DNA from: Camelus ferus
Lineage: Eukaryota
Assembly (NCBI RefSeq): GCF_009834535.1
Contig: NC_045696.1
Coordinates: 16,060,001 to 16,124,000, forward strand
Length of the DNA: 64,000 bases
Reading direction: 5' to 3'
Shown here: positions 62,664-64,000 of the stretch, one piece after another
Layout: each line of letters opens with the position of its first letter
Position numbering within the stretch: the stretch's first letter is position 1
Notes under the pieces: model-generated
Databases searched by the model: none
The model's input: only the letters and a program-made list of their open reading frames with translations
Told to the model about the DNA's origin: nothing
Program-made: the position numbers and the translations under genes

Positions 62664-63369
62664 AGGAAGGTTTTATCTCAAGATGGGCAGGATAATCAGG
62701 CTGCCACCTGAGCACTCTCTCCCTCTCCAGCTTATTGTCTGGCTGCCAGAAATAAGTACAAGTGAAAGCATGGTGAGCACCAGGGCATCCCTGTGGTTTA
62801 CAAGGTGAGGGGACAGGATGACTGTCAAGTCACTGTGGGGTCTGAAGGGGAACATACCACGGCCAAGCAAGAGGGATTGGAGTCCAAGAGTGCCTCTCAT
62901 AAATCACTGGGATGTAACTGTGAGAGATCAAAACCCAAGCCACCTTACAAAGTAACAGATTCAAGAAAGAGGATATAAAGTTTAGGAAATACCCAGCAGA
63001 CCTAGAGGAAACAAATTGCCGAGTTCCGGCTACAAGAAGAACTACCTACATATTGCGTTGGCAGAATGGATTAGAACATGTGACCTTCCTTGATTGGAAC
63101 CACTAAAGTTATACCAACAAACAAGTTAAAAAATGTGATATTGTAAAGCCTTTGGAATTATAAGTTGTAAAACAGCAGTAAATTGTATACGGAAAAAAAA
63201 AAGTTCAATGTTGATTCTATTCCCTTCTCTTGCTTCCACGTAAGATAGATTTGGACCCAATGAGGAATTGCTTCTTGTTCTTTGGGTACAGTTCCAGGAG
63301 TGGAGGGTCAGTGGGTACTTGATTCTAATGTAGTACATTTGCTAAAAGTGATGCCCTCTCTGTGGGTGT

Positions 63370-63780
63370 CCAGCAAGGGAATGGAAATGTAGGCTGAAAG
63401 GTCCACACTGAGGGGAGAGGAGAGGAGACTGTGGACGCCTTTGGCATGAATGATACATCAGAGTGAGGAGAGGAAGAGCAGAGGGTAGAGGACAGAGTCT
63501 TACTTCATAATCAGGATTGTTAAAAGGTGAGTCGGCGAGAGGGAAAGAAAGATTAGCTTAAGATAGAGGATGGGAGACCAAGTGTTCCTAGGAAAGACTG
63601 AACTTAAGAAAGAAAGTGATATGGTAGAGAGAGTGGACAACTGACTTGAGGGCTGAGAAGAGCATTTGTTGCTACTGATCTTGAAAGAAGCATTGCAGAA
63701 GGCTGTTGAAGCAAGGCTGGATGGTGATGGGTTGGAAAGAGCAAGTCGGAGGCTTGAAAGTGATGGTCCACGACTCTGTT
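63370..63780 (-). mobile_element. Probable degraded L2 fragment
   Basis: Purine-rich tract with gctactgatcttgaaagaagcatt…gagcaagtcggaggcttgaaagtga resembling reverse L2. Confidence 0.45.
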
Positions 63781-64000
63781 GAGAAGTTTATCTGTGGAAA
63801 TGCCTTTCCCTGTTTTGATGGTAGCCTACCTCACGCATGGGTTTCTGAGTATGGTATGTGGAAAAAAAACACTGTATATTTTTACCTCTCTGTATAATTT
63901 AAGGCTTTGGTAATAACTGGTGGTTCTCTTGCCTCCTCATACATCAGCCTGATTGGTATTTTGTTCGCAATTATGTGGCTTTTTGAAAGCCCCACACTTA

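Noticed and set aside
63347..63362. agtgatgccctctctg resembling the start of APP exon 4 (SDAL)
   Set aside because: The match ends after about four codons, with no VPDKCKFLHQER and no suitable acceptor.

Overview
Mammalian genomic DNA, very probably camelid (two tRNA-Ala-derived Vic-1-type SINEs; I saw no Alu, B1, Bov-tA or PRE-1). The whole window lies inside the amyloid precursor protein gene (APP) on the + strand. It holds the 3' part of intron 1, coding exon 2 (25157-25324, 168 bp), intron 2 (18,105 bp), coding exon 3 (43430-43559, 130 bp) and the first ~20 kb of intron 3. Exons 1 and 4 are not in the window. The two exons encode almost all of the growth-factor-like domain with its six cysteines. 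The rest is intronic sequence with L1 3' ends (several with clear target-site duplications, TSDs), L2, MIR, MaLR and ERV solo LTRs, and hAT/Tigger MITEs. All other ORFs in the track look like chance or repeat-derived frames. I found no new multi-gene system. The best leads are: a GC-biased cluster of amino-acid changes in exon 2; inverted L1 pairs beside and bracketing the exons; in-frame upstream cryptic acceptors at both exons; a sense LTR with retained promoter motifs in intron 3; and several exact palindromes. Repeat family names and human/mouse comparisons come from memory of consensus sequences and were not run as searches.
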